Shown here one piece after another: positions 1 through 13,495 of a stretch of DNA of 64,000 bases; the stretch's first letter is position 1; the number at the start of each line of letters is the position of its first letter. The stretch is from contig NC_045696.1 in NCBI RefSeq assembly GCF_009834535.1, positions 29,948,001 through 30,012,000 on the forward strand. The letters are read 5' to 3'. A model generated the notes under the pieces. It did not search any database, was not told the origin of the DNA, and saw only the letters and a program-made list of their open reading frames with translations. This DNA comes from Camelus ferus. Its lineage: Eukaryota. A program made the position numbers and the translations under genes.

Positions 1-418
1 CAATTTTATTGAATTATCTGATCAGCTCTAGTAGTTTTCTGGTGGCATCTTTAGGATTTTCTATGTATAGTATCATGTCATTTGCAAACAGTGAGTTTTA
101 TTTCTTCCTTCCCAATTTAGATTCCTTTTATTTGTTCTTCTCTGATTGCTGTGGATAAGATTTCCAAAACTATGTTGAATAAAAATGGCAAGAGTGAATA
201 TTCTTCTTATTCCTGATCTTAGAGGAAATACTTTTAGCTTTTTACCACTGAGTATGGTATTAGCTGTAGATTTTTCATATATGGACTTTATTATGTTGAG
301 GTATGTTCCCTCTTTGCCAACTTTCTGGAGCATTTTTATCATAAATGGATGTTGAACTTTCTCAAAAACTTTTTCTGCATCTATTGAGATGATCATATGG
401 TTTTCATTCTTCAATTTG
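1..418 (-). mobile_element. L1 ORF2 reverse-transcriptase region fragment (continues off the window start)
   Basis: ORF 73..525 contains NHMIISIDAEKVFEKVQHPFMIK...EGTYLNIIKSIYEKSTANTILSGKKLKVFPLRSG, typical L1 ORF2 RT sequence. Confidence 0.95.
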
Positions 419-630
419 TCTTTCTCTTTCTGGCTTGCTTCACTTAGAATGACAATCTCTAGGTCCATCCACATTGCTGCAAATGGCATTATTTTATTAT
501 GTTTTATTGCTGAGTAGTGTTCCATTATATAGATATATCACAACTTCTTTATCCAGTCATCTGTCGATGGACATATAGGTTGTTCCTATGTCTTAACTAT
601 TGTAAATATTGCTGCTGTAAACATTGAAGT
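419..630 (-). mobile_element. L1 ORF2 C-terminal / 3' fragment
   Basis: Minus-strand peptide MEHYSAIKHNKIMPFAAMWMDLEIVILSEASQKEKDK matches the L1 3' end. It is homologous to 17125-17240 and 28646-28810 in this window. Confidence 0.9.
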
Positions 631-734
631 TTCATTTCAAGTGTGCTATAGGACAAAATTTAGTAACAACAAGCAGTTTCTGAGTCTGGTAAGGTTTAGA
701 GACACTGGCCTCAAGGAATCTGCTTCTCAAATGC

Positions 735-990
735 TTTTTTAAGAATGTATAATGACATAAGAACGTATATGTTTAAAGTCTGCAGTGTGATTATTCAATA
801 TACATAGACATTGTGAAATGATTACAACAATCTATTTAACATAGCCATCAGCTAACATAATTACCATTTTGTATGTGCATGGTGAGAATGCTTACTATCT
901 CCTTTCATAGCGAAGTTCAAGTATACAACACAGTAGTATTTAACTATATTCACTATCCTGTACATTATATACCTAGAATTTATTCATTCA
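735..990 (-). mobile_element. Old L1 (L1MA/L1MB-type) 3' UTR fragment
   Basis: Motifs 'tacatagacattgtgaaatgattacaacaatc', 'ggtgagaatgctta' and 'ttcaagtatacaacacagtagtatttaactatattcac' resemble the antisense L1MA 3' UTR. Confidence 0.7.
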
Positions 991-3900
991 TTCAGTACTG
1001 ATCTAGCACACTAGACATAAGGACCCATCTATTAAGGACTCTTCTTTCATGAACACTGTAAATAGGACACTGACAACATTTCTTTAAAAATTTTTTTTGG
1101 ATTTTGGAAATCAACCAAAAGAGAACAAAAGTGAACAGCTTCTTACTTAGACATTAAAATGTTATTTATCAGTTTATAGTGATGCCTAGAAACTCTTTAT
1201 TTTTTAAAAATGTATGTTAAAATTTTGTTTAAGTTGATAATACATATCTCTGATTTGTAAAGTAAAACTATTAAGATGCAATTTATTTATATCACTTAAG
1301 AGAAACATCTTACAGTCAACTTCATTTACAATCTATAAAAATTTTCATTAATTTCTCATGTATTTTGTTGGACTTTCCTTTAAATATACCATATTCCTCC
1401 TCTTCCCATGAATAAATAAAAGGATTATTTACTCCATAGTTTTGAAAAACAGTATTAATTTTGAAAAATCCCAACATTTTGATGTTCTCTTATTTATTTT
1501 TTAAGACCAAGGATGAGAGCTGGTAGGCAAGCAAAGGTTGGTGATATAAGTGTAACTTATGATATACAGGAAAATACATTATTATCTTTGCACTCAAGGG
1601 CAATTGCACTTTAATTAATTATGTATTTCATATAATTATATGGATCTCTAACTTCTTCAGTTTGATAAGTTTGAATCTCCTTATTCCATAATTTTTATTG
1701 AGCAGATATTACATTTTTGCAAATTTAGGCTTTCTTTCAGGTAGAGACTTCTATAATTCCCTGATATATATGAACTATCTACATTATATAGTATATAAAT
1801 TGACTTCTGGTAAGCTACAAAATTCCTTACACAGATTATCCAAAGTCCAGCTACATAACATATCTTAGTAAAATTGTAAGAATTCTCCCTTTTAGTTGTG
1901 TAAATAAGTGGCATATATATGTAAGTAATAGTGTAAATAAATGGCCAGTTTTACAGTAAAAAACCCACGAAATTTATATACACAAAATATAATTATAAAA
2001 AATGTTATAGCCTAAACTGAGTGAAACAGTCCATCTGCTATGAATTAAACAATCCAGAAATCTCAATAATTTTATTTTGTTAGGGGGAAAATAGTACTTT
2101 TTCAATTTTTCAAAGTGGGTTTTGAGGGGATGGTGTCTTTTTTTTTCAAACTTGAAGAACACACAAAACACACAAATCAGTCAATTTTATTAGCCAAAGA
2201 ATTTTCTAATGCCTGAACTGACCTAGAAATTAACCTATTGTCAGTGTATACACATCAGCACAATATAACTGAAATTTCCACCTGAGTTAGTTGATTAGTG
2301 CTTGTTAAATTAGTCCATCTATTTCATTTGTGTTGGCAGGCACATTTTCCTATGTGCCATGTGATTGACAGAATTGGTCGATGGAACAATGAGCAATCAC
2401 TCCTCTTAGCATCTCTTTAGCCTGAGGCATCCTCATTTTCCATCTTCATGGGTTTTTTTTGTTTTGTTTTGTTTTGTTTTTTTGGCCAGCTATCCTGGTT
2501 TCCTTAAATGCTTCTGATGTTCACTAATAATAACAGGAGAAGCTTGTAACCTTCTGGGTACATTTCCTTCTCTCATGAAAGCACTGATGATTTACACATC
2601 TTGTCCCAGGAAAAGATTGAATGAGAGAATGGAATGCTATGCGTTTCAAAGCACCATTGATAAGGTAATTCCAGTATTTGCAGTCTCTGCCACAGATAGA
2701 GTTTGGGAAGGAGAAAGCTTAGTTGTAGTATGGTGTCTGACAAATAAGCACTCATCAAATATGTTGATAAATCACAAATTCATTAGGTCAATTTAAAAAA
2801 AAATTGGTGTTCTCTCAAGAAATACCTCCTCAATACCAACAATGCTTAACTACCCAACATTGGATGACTCCAACAAAAATTCCAAGGTCCACAGTAGATC
2901 TTCCTTCCGTGTTAGTAAGGAGGATACTGCAACAAGCAGCAGGCATCCAAATCTCAATTAGGCTTCTGTGCTTGACTTGCCTTGTGATTTAGAGTTTGGA
3001 AACCTCAGCAGAGAAAGAAAAAATGGTTTATGTGATTTCCATTGGCCTTCACTACAGCCACATAAGTTGTCATTTAAATCAACTTACAGCTGGTAGCAAC
3101 TGAGGCCAGAAGTGGATTACCTGCACTCAGACCCATGTGTCATGTTATTACAATAAAATTAGGAAACAGTATACACCAGTAATCATAATAGTCTTTTGTC
3201 TTAAAGCTAAAAACATACAACCTTCTATTATGTCTCTGAAAGTATTTACAAATGACTTGAATTGGAACCAATTATTCTTTTCACAAAATGCAATGAATGC
3301 TATTTCATCATATCTTGTAAGGTTTTACAACCTTCAAATGAGTTAATGTCCAGTGGTTGACTGGTTTTATGCTTTTGCTGGCCAACTCATATTTTCTAAG
3401 TCTAATAATTTTCAGGAGCAGTTGCTGAAATTTCAGAGCATAAAGTATTTTAAGATAGGAAAAGAAAGATAGAGATCAAAAAAGAACTTTGCCAAGGAAC
3501 ATATATTGTCTATTTGACCAGAGACATCTAGGCAGTGTGACACAAAAGAAAAATGACCTATATTAGTGTTTTGTTTCAAGACATATATAATCATAACGTC
3601 ACATCTAACTCCCTTTTCCTTGATCTTGACATGTTAGCAACATTCCAGTCAATAAGGTATTGAAAGGCTTTTTCATTACCTGACATTAGCTTCAGAGATA
3701 CAGACCATCATCCTATATTTGAGAGGTACATGAGTTAGATTGGAGGACATTAATTTGATGGTGAAACATTCACCCAAGTTCTTCCAACAAAATGGGCAGT
3801 GCACCATATTATTACCTGTAGCCTGAAAAAGAGATAAAATTCTCCAAAATGACCCTTCTCCCACTTCAACAATCTAACTCCCAACAAATTACGCTACTAT

Positions 3901-4526
3901 AAAAAGACTGACTAATTATGTTTCCACTAGGTACTATAAAGTGTCCAATTATGGGTCTAATTAGAAGGGAAGGACGTAAAGTAATGGGCCTTTATTTAGA
4001 AATATTGTTACTCTCAGGACACGTCTAGAGTGGTTTCTGTGTTTTGTTTTATGTATTACATTTATTCTACCTTTCTGCATCTTGCTCAGATTTATCTCAA
4101 TAGGACAAACATCTGTCACATCTTGCATATTGCTTTAATTTGATTGTCCCTGACCCCTTAGGCAAATACAGACAGGTGGAAAACATACTGGCTGTTTCAC
4201 ATAACATCTGTAGTCACTTTAGCCAGCCTTTTGTTTTTTTTTTAATGGCTTATCACAGCACAGGAGGGCTACAGAACCCATTCTGCTTCTCTCATTGTAG
4301 CAGAGAGAGAGAACCAGGTGGAATTCCATCCTCTGTTTGCTTGAGTAACTCTGAATCACTTAGCATCCACAAATGCTGGCTAAGGAAAGGAGCCACCTGG
4401 TTGCAGGACTGGTCCTAAGAGTTAGGGAAAAAGAGAAAAAAAGTAAAAGAAGTAGACAGTGTGCAACTTTCAATTAAGTCATTATCTTCATTCTGTAACT
4501 CCGAAGGAGTTTAATAAATGACCATG

Positions 4527-4571
4527 CACACAAACACACACACTCATGCACACACACACACATTCATACAC
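4527..4571. repeat. Imperfect (CA)n microsatellite
   Basis: Interrupted CA run seen directly. Confidence 0.85.
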
Positions 4572-5156
4572 AAAATGCCTTTAGCAGCAATTTGACGTGA
4601 TTAATGAGGCTGCTCTGGTGCGTCTTGAGGATGGTGTATTAGTCACAGTTAATGACTCTTGCATAGCCTCCTCAAAGAGCAATATATTCTTATTAAAGGT
4701 TTCTAGCAGAGAACCAGGAAAAAACTTAAAATATCCTATAGTCAATGACCCTATTTCCAATATTGGTGAAGGGACACACCCTAAAATAGCCAGGACTGAT
4801 AGGTTTTTATTATTATTATTATTCTAAACAAGTCAGAACAAAATAGGAATATAGATTCTCCTAAATATCCTTCATGACAGTTCTAGCCTATGATCGTGAT
4901 TTAAGTCAAGAAATCTTTCCCAGTAAATGAGTTTTTACTTTAATCTGAGTCAATTACCTCTTACGTAGACAACAGTGGAAATGGAGAAAAATGGCTTAGC
5001 TATCCTCTTATATATGCACTTAATACACTGGGAGTGGGGTTATTATATCATCCTCCTGCTTTCTGTGCATGTTACCCAACTTAACTTCTTTAATCTTTCT
5101 TGCTGAAATTAATTCCCATCTTTTAAAATGTAATTACGTACATATTTTTGACCCTC

Positions 5157-5331
5157 CAATATTTTCAAAGTGTGGGAAGGAGACCACCTCTATCACCCTG
5201 GAGATAATTACCTACGTCGCACACCACCATCTACACGTGGGCACAGAAGGTCTCTGATGGGGGCTCAGAATCTGAATTTTTAACAAGAATCCTGGGAGAT
5301 CCTCATGTACATTGATGTTTGAGCACCAGTC
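5157..5331 (+). mobile_element. MER5A-like hAT-Charlie non-autonomous DNA transposon
   Basis: Ends 'caatattttcaaagtgtgg' and 'tgtttgagcaccagt'. Internal 'ggggctcagaatctgaatttttaacaag...gagatcctcatgtac' is characteristic of MER5A. Confidence 0.7.
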
Positions 5332-5999
5332 CTCTAATTTCTATTCGATTAAATCATCCAGATACCTTTTTCAGCAGGGCACAGGTGATACTTGATCTCT
5401 AGTAAACTTTCCTGTTTCATCATTTACCATTTCTATGTTTCAGTTTAGTCAAGTAATAAATATAGGTCCCTCCAATCTATTTATAACCCTTCCATTTCTT
5501 CATCAATTGTGCCTCATTATTCCTTCTGAAAGTATTTCACCTCTTCTGGCATGTCCTCCTAATACAATTGCAAGTGATTCCTATTACTCCTGCCTTTCCA
5601 GTCTAACATATATAACATCCCCTCCAGCCCCCAAAGTCTTGTATTTCTCATTCCCTTGCCTTGACTCAGTTTCCTGTAACTTTTAAAATTTTTTCTTGCA
5701 TTTCATGTGTATGTATTTTTAATTCATTCTTAAATTTGTGTCTCCACATCATTATGGTTTGATTTCCCACCTATCTTGTATGTATTCGGGAACAGTATCC
5801 TATAAAACTGTCTTTATTTCACAGATCCTGGCATAATTATTTGCATACACTTCTCACGTAAATGTATTACCATCATCTGTGAGAACTTTTAGAGGATACA
5901 TGGGAACACTTTCTGAGGAAACATCAACCAAGTCAGCCCTGCTTATTTATAGGTTAAGATAGAATTTTTATGTGAACATTCCATTCTCCCTTTTATACT

Positions 6000-6700
6000 A
6001 CATTCCTTCTTGTTCCTCCCTAGTTATTTTCTGATGAATCCACTACTTCTTGGCTCAAAGTCTTACCCTTGTCCCAGATCTACTTTGCCAAAGAACACTA
6101 ACATCTTGTTAAATCCAAGACCCCATTCTTGGTCTTCCTTGTTCTTGACCACTTCTTAATATTTGCTCTTGGTGACCATTTCCCTTTCAAATTTTCCTTA
6201 CTCTGCTTATGCACTATTCTTAACCTCTCTATACTTCTAAACTTGCTTTTCTTCCTTTTTTATTATTACATACTGTCTTTGGAGTTACCTAAAGTTGAGT
6301 AAGTTCCCCACTATATTTGCTTTTTGCTCCATTTCTTTGGAAAACAGGATACACTCCTGAGATCATTTCTTAACCAGAACACCCCAGATGTTTTTCTTTG
6401 GTTATGGCCTTTCTCTGGCATCCCAGTCCTCCATCTCCACACCACAATATCCACGTCTATCATTCTACTATTTCTTCATTTTCTATTGAAGATTTACACT
6501 TGAATGTAGTTAGAACCTAAATGAATAAAGCAGAATTCATCATACTTTTCTGTAAGTCAGTTCTTCCTTTTCCTTTTTTTTTTTTTTTTTTACTAAAAAA
6601 ATCAGCTCACAATCATCATGTTGCAGGTTGAAATTTGAAGTCACCTTTCTCTCCTCACCTCAAGTAATATCAGAAGCTACTGCTTCCTTCCACCAAAGCC
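6000..6700 (+). mobile_element. L2 fragment (degraded)
   Basis: Pyrimidine-rich L2-like motifs such as 'cttgttaaatccaagaccccattcttggtcttccttgttcttgacc' and 'aaccccagatgttt'. Confidence 0.5.
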
Positions 6701-7539
6701 TGGGTCATGGGAGCTCCTGGAATTGGCTGGGAATTAGACAACTCTTCCAACAAATACTCTTTAAATATATTATCAACATCTGCACTGGGATGCAACTCAT
6801 TTTCTATTATTAAAAAAAAGTGTATGCAGAGAGAGATTCATGCACTAATTGCTTTCATCGCCCAGAGCAGCATCAATATTCTGTAAAAAGATATGACAAT
6901 GTTATTACTCTAATTTTCTTGTGTGACTTTTAAACTAGACATTGCCTTGAAAATATTACTTAAGGATTTAACATCTAGATAATAAATTCTTCATTCCTAG
7001 TACATCGCACATTATTTGTTTTCAGAAATTTAGCCAGTGGTGATCACCAAATTTAGGCAGCTACATCACAAAATTTTAGAACATACATGTCACAACACTC
7101 CAACCCATCCTTGTGCTTTTCTCCCAAATTTGGGAGTATTTTTTAAAGGTCCATATGAAAAGGGTGCTGTATATTTGATGGAGCTAAATCAGTTTACATT
7201 TTTTTAGTCCAGTGCTGTTTTTATGAGTTGGCCTCTTCGGAGGAGATAGTGTCATAATTGACTTACCGCCAATGAATACACCTTTATTTCTTTCTATTCT
7301 ACTTTCCCAAAGACCATTTTAAACCTAATCATAGGGTCACAATTATCTTCTTCAAATTTGCCTCTTAATCTGTCCTTAATGTGCAACAAACCTCCCTTTT
7401 CATTTTATTACTAAAAGTTAAATCTCTGTCTTATTTTTCCTCAAACACAGTTGTGTTAATTTCAACACTTGGTCTTTATTTGTGTTGCTCTCTCTGTTGG
7501 AATGTCAACTAATATTTATTGAGCAAAATCATTAAAAAT

Positions 7540-7770
7540 ATGACCTTTCAAAGTCAGAAACAACTGGGATGAGCTCTCCTATTATTTCAGAGTAATGCGA
7601 CCTTGCATTAGTAATTTAACCACTCTAAAATTCACTTTTCTCAGCTATAACTTAGAAAAGTAGTAATTATTATGTAATCTCTATTAGATAAGGATATTAA
7701 ATGATGTGACTTTTTTTATTACTTGCAAAATTCCTGGTACAAATAAGTGCTCGATAATTGGTAGCTCTTT
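7540..7770 (+). mobile_element. MIR SINE
   Basis: MIR core-like 'gcgaccttgcattagtaatttaaccactctaaaattcacttttctcagctataa' and tail 'aagtgctcgataattggtagct'. Confidence 0.7.
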
Positions 7771-7859
7771 CTTATTACTAGTGTTAGTAGTAGTGGTGAT
7801 TGTGATCTGATACTAAAAGTAAAGTAATCACAGCAATGTGCAAAGCATTATACAGGAAA

Positions 7860-9100
7860 TACAGTGGAAAATACAGGAAAGCTGTTGCCTCCTTTTAGAG
7901 AATCTACAATTTACAGAGAGAAAAAGAAAATGAATCCAATACTTAGAATAAAGTCTGTATGCTACATAGCAGGTGAGCCTAAACTAGTTTCAATATCTTG
8001 AGAGATCTCCCTGGTGGAATGAAGCCGTGAGACAGGAAAATTTCAGAGTTAGTCATGTTCATTGGAGGAGGGCAGTGGAGAGAAAGGGTGTGCTCAGGCA
8101 GAAGGGGCAGCATGAGGCATATTGGCGGAAAGTGAACAAGTCCTGCATCTCTGAAGTGTGGCAAACCTGGAAAGTGAAATTGTCAAGAGATTAGTCTAGA
8201 GAAGTTAGGGAGGATCCAGATCGTGGGCTTCTTCAGGATTTATAAATTAATTTGTATTCCACTGGAAGAAGATAGTTAAAGAAGGATGTTGACCAACAGA
8301 GTGACTTAATTGATTTTTTTGTTTTTTCATGTGCTATTAGTTTCCTAGTGCTGCTATAACAGATAATTATAAATTGGGTGACTTAAGACGACAGAAATGT
8401 ATTCTTACAGTTCCAGAGGCTAAAAGTCTGAAGGCAAGGTGTCAGCAGGCAGGACCATGCTCTCTCTGAAAGCTCTCTCCTTGCCTCTTTCAATCTCCTC
8501 ATGGTTCCTGGCAATCTTTGGTGTCCCTTGGCTTGTAGATGCATCCAATCTCTGCCACTACTACTTCTCCATGGTCTTGTAGTATTCTCTCTATTCTTTT
8601 TTTTTTTTTTTTTCCTGTGTCAAAATTTCCCACTTCTTATAAGGGCACCAGCCATTGAATTAGGGCCTGTCCTAATCTGGTAAAGCCTCAAATTAACTTA
8701 CTTCCAAATAAGGTCACATTCACAGGTATTGGGGATTAGCACTTAAGCGTATCTTTTTGGGGAACTTAATTCAACCCACAACACTTATTAGCATGGTGGT
8801 AATTTGGAGAGTTGATTCTAGCAGAACTATTAGAAGCAGAAGGATGGTTAGAGGGATTTAGCAGGAGTGCAAATGAACAAGAATGGTGACCTGAACAAGC
8901 ATTGTGCTAATGGGAGGAAAAAAATCACTAAAATTCACAGATTCACTAAATTGAATTCTGGGAGGAGAATCAACAAAAGTTGCTTATTGAGAATTATATT
9001 GGGAGAATGAGTAAGATAGAGGAAGTCTGTGATGATTCATGGTTTCTTGCTTGGGCAAGTGGATGAATGTCAACACTGAGAAGAACAAGAGTGAGGAGAA
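7860..9100 (-). mobile_element. L2 fragments interrupted by an MLT1 LTR
   Basis: Purine-rich antisense L2-like sequence on both sides of the MLT1 ('ggtgacctgaac', 'gatgattcatggtttcttgcttgggcaagtggatg'). Confidence 0.55.
8331..8783 (-). mobile_element. MLT1 (ERVL-MaLR) solo LTR
   Basis: Starts 'tattagtttcctagtgctgctataac' and ends 'aattcaacccacaaca'. Contains 'ccaaataaggtcacattcacaggtattggg', typical of antisense MLT1. Confidence 0.9.
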
Positions 9101-9336
9101 ATTGATGTGTCATTGCAGTGAAAGACTCATCATTTTATTATCCAAGTACCGGTTCTGTGTCTACAAGGTATCAAGCTGCAGATACTGCAGTGAGTCACAC
9201 AGTTATAGGCCTGCCCTCATGAAGCTTATGGCCTTGGCTAGTCACAAAGGAGTTGACTTCTGCTTCAGTGGAAATTCCATACAATTTTAGGATCTAAATC
9301 TACTGTAGTCATCAATGTTTTATAAAATTGCAACTG

Positions 9337-9490
9337 CATCTACAAATCCCAGACTCCGGTTTATCCCTCCACCCTATCCTTTCTCCCTGGTAACTGTAAG
9401 TTTGTTTTCAATGTCTGTGAGTCTGTTTGTCTTTTATAAAAAGGTTCATTTGTGTCATTGTTTTAAAGCCACATATAATTGATATCATAT
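9337..9490 (-). mobile_element. L1 3' UTR fragment
   Basis: 'ggtaactgtaagtttgttttcaatgtctgtgagtctgttt' is the reverse complement of L1 3' UTR sequence also seen at 17300-17343. Confidence 0.85.
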
Positions 9491-9760
9491 CTCAACATAA
9501 TAAAATCTATTTATGACAAACCCACAGCCAACATAATACTCAGCGAGGAGAAGTCGAAAGTCTTCCTGTTAAAATCTGGAAAAAGATGAGGATGCCCAGT
9601 CTCACCACTTCTGTTTCAACATAGTATTGGAAGTCCTCACCATAGTAGTCGGACAAGAGTTAGAAATAAAAGGGATCCAAATTGAAAGAGAAAAGGTAAA
9701 ATTGTCACTATATGTGGATGACATGATGCTATATACAGCAAACCGTAACGACTCCATACA
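9487..9760 (+). mobile_element. L1 ORF2 RT fragment, inverted relative to the adjacent 3' UTR piece
   Basis: Encodes YLNIIKSIYDKPTANIIL...GCPVSPLL...[12 protein letters not shown] (RT YADD region). Homologous to 15358-15545. Confidence 0.92.
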
Positions 9761-10249
9761 TTTTTATCCGTTGATTCTCTGGCTCTTCATTCTCTGGCCT
9801 AAATAGTTCCCTGAGCAAAGATTGTATAATCTTTTGATGTGGCAATTTTCTATTTGTAATTCATTTGCCTATGAAATTACCTTCTGTATCACCTGACCTT
9901 TACTGCCTGCATTTCTCTTCTTGCTTACTGTCCACTTAGATTCTGACCCTACTATGATCCATTCTTATCAGCTGACTTTCTCATCTTTCCTCCCAGCTAG
10001 TCAGTCTGGATAAAAATCTGCTTTGTCCTATGCAATGTGCCCAATCCTTTACTCCCCACCAAATGATCCTGTCCCTGCCTTTGGGTACCTGGTTGGTAGG
10101 TTCATCTCAGTGTGGATCATTATTCACTGATTCCAGAGCTCCAGAACCACAGCAGCTATGGCTTTAGGGTCTTTCCATAGGCCTGACATTTTCCTCTGCT
10201 TATTCTTCATCATATACTCACAGGTTTTTCTAGGTTTCAGATTTCTTTA

Positions 10250-10760
10250 AATCATTCATTCACTCATTTATTCATCAAACACATATTGAGTTGCTGTTTA
10301 ATTTCAGTCATTGTGTGTGCCCTGGGCAATCCAAAGACTAATGTGAAGGTCCTATTTCAAGTAGTTTAGAATGGAGATACAGACAAGCCACCTGACTATT
10401 ACAAAAGTATGCGAATGAAATGCTAAAGGTTAAAGAAAGCATGCAGGTGGAGTACATGTTCTGGACTGGCCAGGTGATGGGAGACAAATCAGAGAAGGCT
10501 TATCAGGGCAAGAGATAAAGAAACTGAATCATATAGTTCCAGGAGGAACTATCCATGAAAGTGGTGTGATGGGAGGGTGGAGGTAGGGAAGTGAGGATGA
10601 TGTTAGGGAGAAAAAAGGCATGAGGGCAGGGGTAAGCAGCAAGTATAAATGTCAGGATGTAAGAGAGAACATGATCATTCTAAAATTGCAGAAGTGTGTG
10701 CTGTGTGTGCTGTGAAAAAGCAATAATAGGAGGAGATTAGACTAGATGGGTTAGTAGGAC
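10250..10760 (-). mobile_element. L2 3' end
   Basis: 'cattcattcactcatttattcatcaaacacatattgag' is the antisense L2 tail, followed by purine-rich L2 body. Confidence 0.7.
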
Positions 10761-11159
10761 CCAAGTCAAGATTTGCATCCTAGTGTGTCTTACCCTGATC
10801 TGATGTCTTATAGGAAGCACTCATTATCAACTGTGTTTCCTGTACTGAATCTACGATCGGACATTTTTACCTTCCCTCATGGTTCTCTAATATCACTTAT
10901 GCAATTTCCTTTCTTCAAATGTCTGTGTACATATGTGACTAGAGGTTTGTTTTGAAATGTAAGTTGATGCTAGTTATGGGGCCCTGTGAATGCCATGTGT
11001 CATGCCATTGAGTCTGGCAATCTTCTTGTATATAATGGTAGAGCAAGGAGCATTTTGAGTATTTGAATAAAGTGACAACAGTTATGTTTTTGAAGGTTGA
11101 CAAAGTGAAACATTCATTGGTGAAGATAAAGTCAGAGGGGATAGACTGTTTGAAGATAA

Positions 11160-11390
11160 TCTCATATAGTGATTGAGAACATGGACTCTGTGTATTGACT
11201 TTGTGGATTTGAACTGATTCTCTCATATAATAGGGATATATAATCTAGGAATTATCTCACTTCTCTGTCCCTCAAAATAAGGATTATAGTGGTAATAACT
11301 GTTTCAAAGGATAGTTGTAGAGGATTAAATGAATTAATACAAGTAAAGCACTTATAATAGGGCTAGATACATAGACATGTCCAAAACATT
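11160..11390 (+). mobile_element. MIR SINE
   Basis: 'gagaacatggactctg' and 'gttgtagaggattaaatgaattaatacaagtaaagcactta'. Confidence 0.8.
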
Positions 11391-11532
11391 CTCCTTTACT
11401 ATGTTACCAAAATAATCAATGATAATAAATGGTAAAGAAATGATTCATTTTTAAAATAAATCCTACAAAGCTCTATTTATGCAGTAATAGTCCATGTAAT
11501 TTATATCAGGTGAATTAAAGTAGCTATTAGCT

Positions 11533-11984
11533 TTACATTTCCAAGGGCTGCCAAAAACTGGATGGCTTAGAACAACAGAAATGAATTCTCTCACTGTTCT
11601 GGAAGCTGAAAGGTGGAAATCAGTGTGTTGGAAGAAGCTTGCTTCCTCTGAAAACTGTAGGGCAAGGATCGTTCTTTATCACTTTTAGCTTCTGCCCCAG
11701 ACACTCCTTGGCTTGTGGAAGTATAACTCCACTTTCACATGGCATTCTTCTTACATCTTTTTGCATTGATTTTCCTCTGTACATATCTGTACAAGTCCCC
11801 CCAGCCCTGCTTTTTTTTTTTTATAAGGACATATGTCATATTGGGTTAGGGTCCACCTAAATGAACTCATCTTAACTGGATTACACCTACAAAGATCTTT
11901 TTCTCAAATAAGGTCACATTCTGAGTTACTGGCAATTACGACTTCAACATATCTTTTGGGGAGGACAGAATTCAATCCACAGTA
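11533..11984 (-). mobile_element. MLT1 solo LTR
   Basis: 'ggatggcttagaacaacagaaatgaattctctcactgttctggaagct', 'caaataaggtcacattctgag' and end 'aattcaatccacagta'. Confidence 0.9.
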
Positions 11985-13319
11985 TGACTTCTGCAATTAT
12001 TGTAAAATATAAATATTTCTAATATTTTGCTATTGAGGTTGAGTTTTAGTAAATAAATGGCATTATTACTAACCAAAATTGGTGCACGGTTTTCCTAACA
12101 GTGGGTTTTATTTTCCGTATTAGGTCATCAACCTAGAATTAGTAAAGAGTGCAGGATGTTTTAAATAAGGAAGTGGTGAAGAAAATTAATGAACTTATTT
12201 TATTTTTCCCTATCAAAAAATAAAAAATTTGATTTGTGATCCATTATTTAAATTTAAGTGAAATCAAAATGCTGCTACAGGATTTTCAAATGTCAATTCG
12301 TAGAAAATTTTTTAAAAGACCATTATGATAGGAAAAATATTAGATCTATAATGAGTATAAGAATTTTAAAAACATCTTGCACTTTCAGAGAATTACCCTT
12401 GTGAGCTGTTTTACCATGAGAAACATGTTTATATCTGATATATATAACACGTTAGGAAAGTGTGGGTGGGTTCATCATATTCTCACATAGAAAATAATGT
12501 AGTGGTACTTGTACGTTCATATCCACATTTTTCACATTAAAACTCCATTGATGAAAACTGGAGGAGTAAAACAGTAACCAGAAATTGGAAAAATAAATTT
12601 ATAATGATATTTTATGCACATGTGCCTAACAATAGATCAGAAAAAGAGTCTCAAGTTTTGAATTTGGAGGTTTATAGAGCAAGGAGGGAAGTAATTATGT
12701 TTTAGATATTTATTAAGGCATGCAAATAATGAATAATATAATCATTGAAAAATAGTTTCAGAAATGGGAGTAAGTAAGGGCAAAGAGATTAAAGACCTAA
12801 ATTAACAGAATTTTTTTTTCTTCTTGTACTACATTACACTTATACTATATTGATTTTTTTTTTTTACTTAAGGGGAAGGGTAAAGAAATTGAAAATGAAA
12901 ATATTAATGACAGTTTTATCACATAAATTTCAATATTACTTCATGTAAAATAAACAAGCAACTCCAGGGATGGTCAATAAATAATTAACAGGACAAAAAT
13001 TTTTTGACAAGTTATTAAAACTTATATTAAGGATTATCTGAAGAATGATGATAAAAATTTTTAAATACATCATGAAAAGGATTAGACATATAACAGATAA
13101 GGAAGTACTACTGGCCTTGCTTTTTCAAATACAAAGCAAAATTATGAGCAAAATATGCAATCCTCAGGATGTAGACTTTAGGAAAGGCTTTCACTGAAGG
13201 ATAAAATAATGGCTGCCAGCAAATTGATTTGATATTATCAGAAGATAGGGTTCACACTGAGAACAAATAAAAAGCAAGAGAGAGAAGGGAACAAAAATTT
13301 AATGGGTATCTAATAGATG

Positions 13320-13495
13320 GTATTTTATATCTGTTGCCCTACTGAATCTTTATAAGAATTCTTTGAGGTAGGTATTATTCCCATTTGACGTATGAGGCAA
13401 GGGAAGCATAAGTAGCCAGCAGGTTCTATAGCTAGTGAGTAAGGAACCACGCAAATACTTTCCTCAAAGTCTGAGCCTTTTCTATTATAACATAA
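13320..13495 (-). mobile_element. MIR SINE
   Basis: 'tttgaggtaggtattattcccatttgacgtatgagg' is the antisense MIR core. Confidence 0.7.

Noticed and set aside
73..525. 150-aa ORF as a real gene
   Set aside because: It is a chance in-frame fusion of two L1 fragments, with a frameshifted tail.
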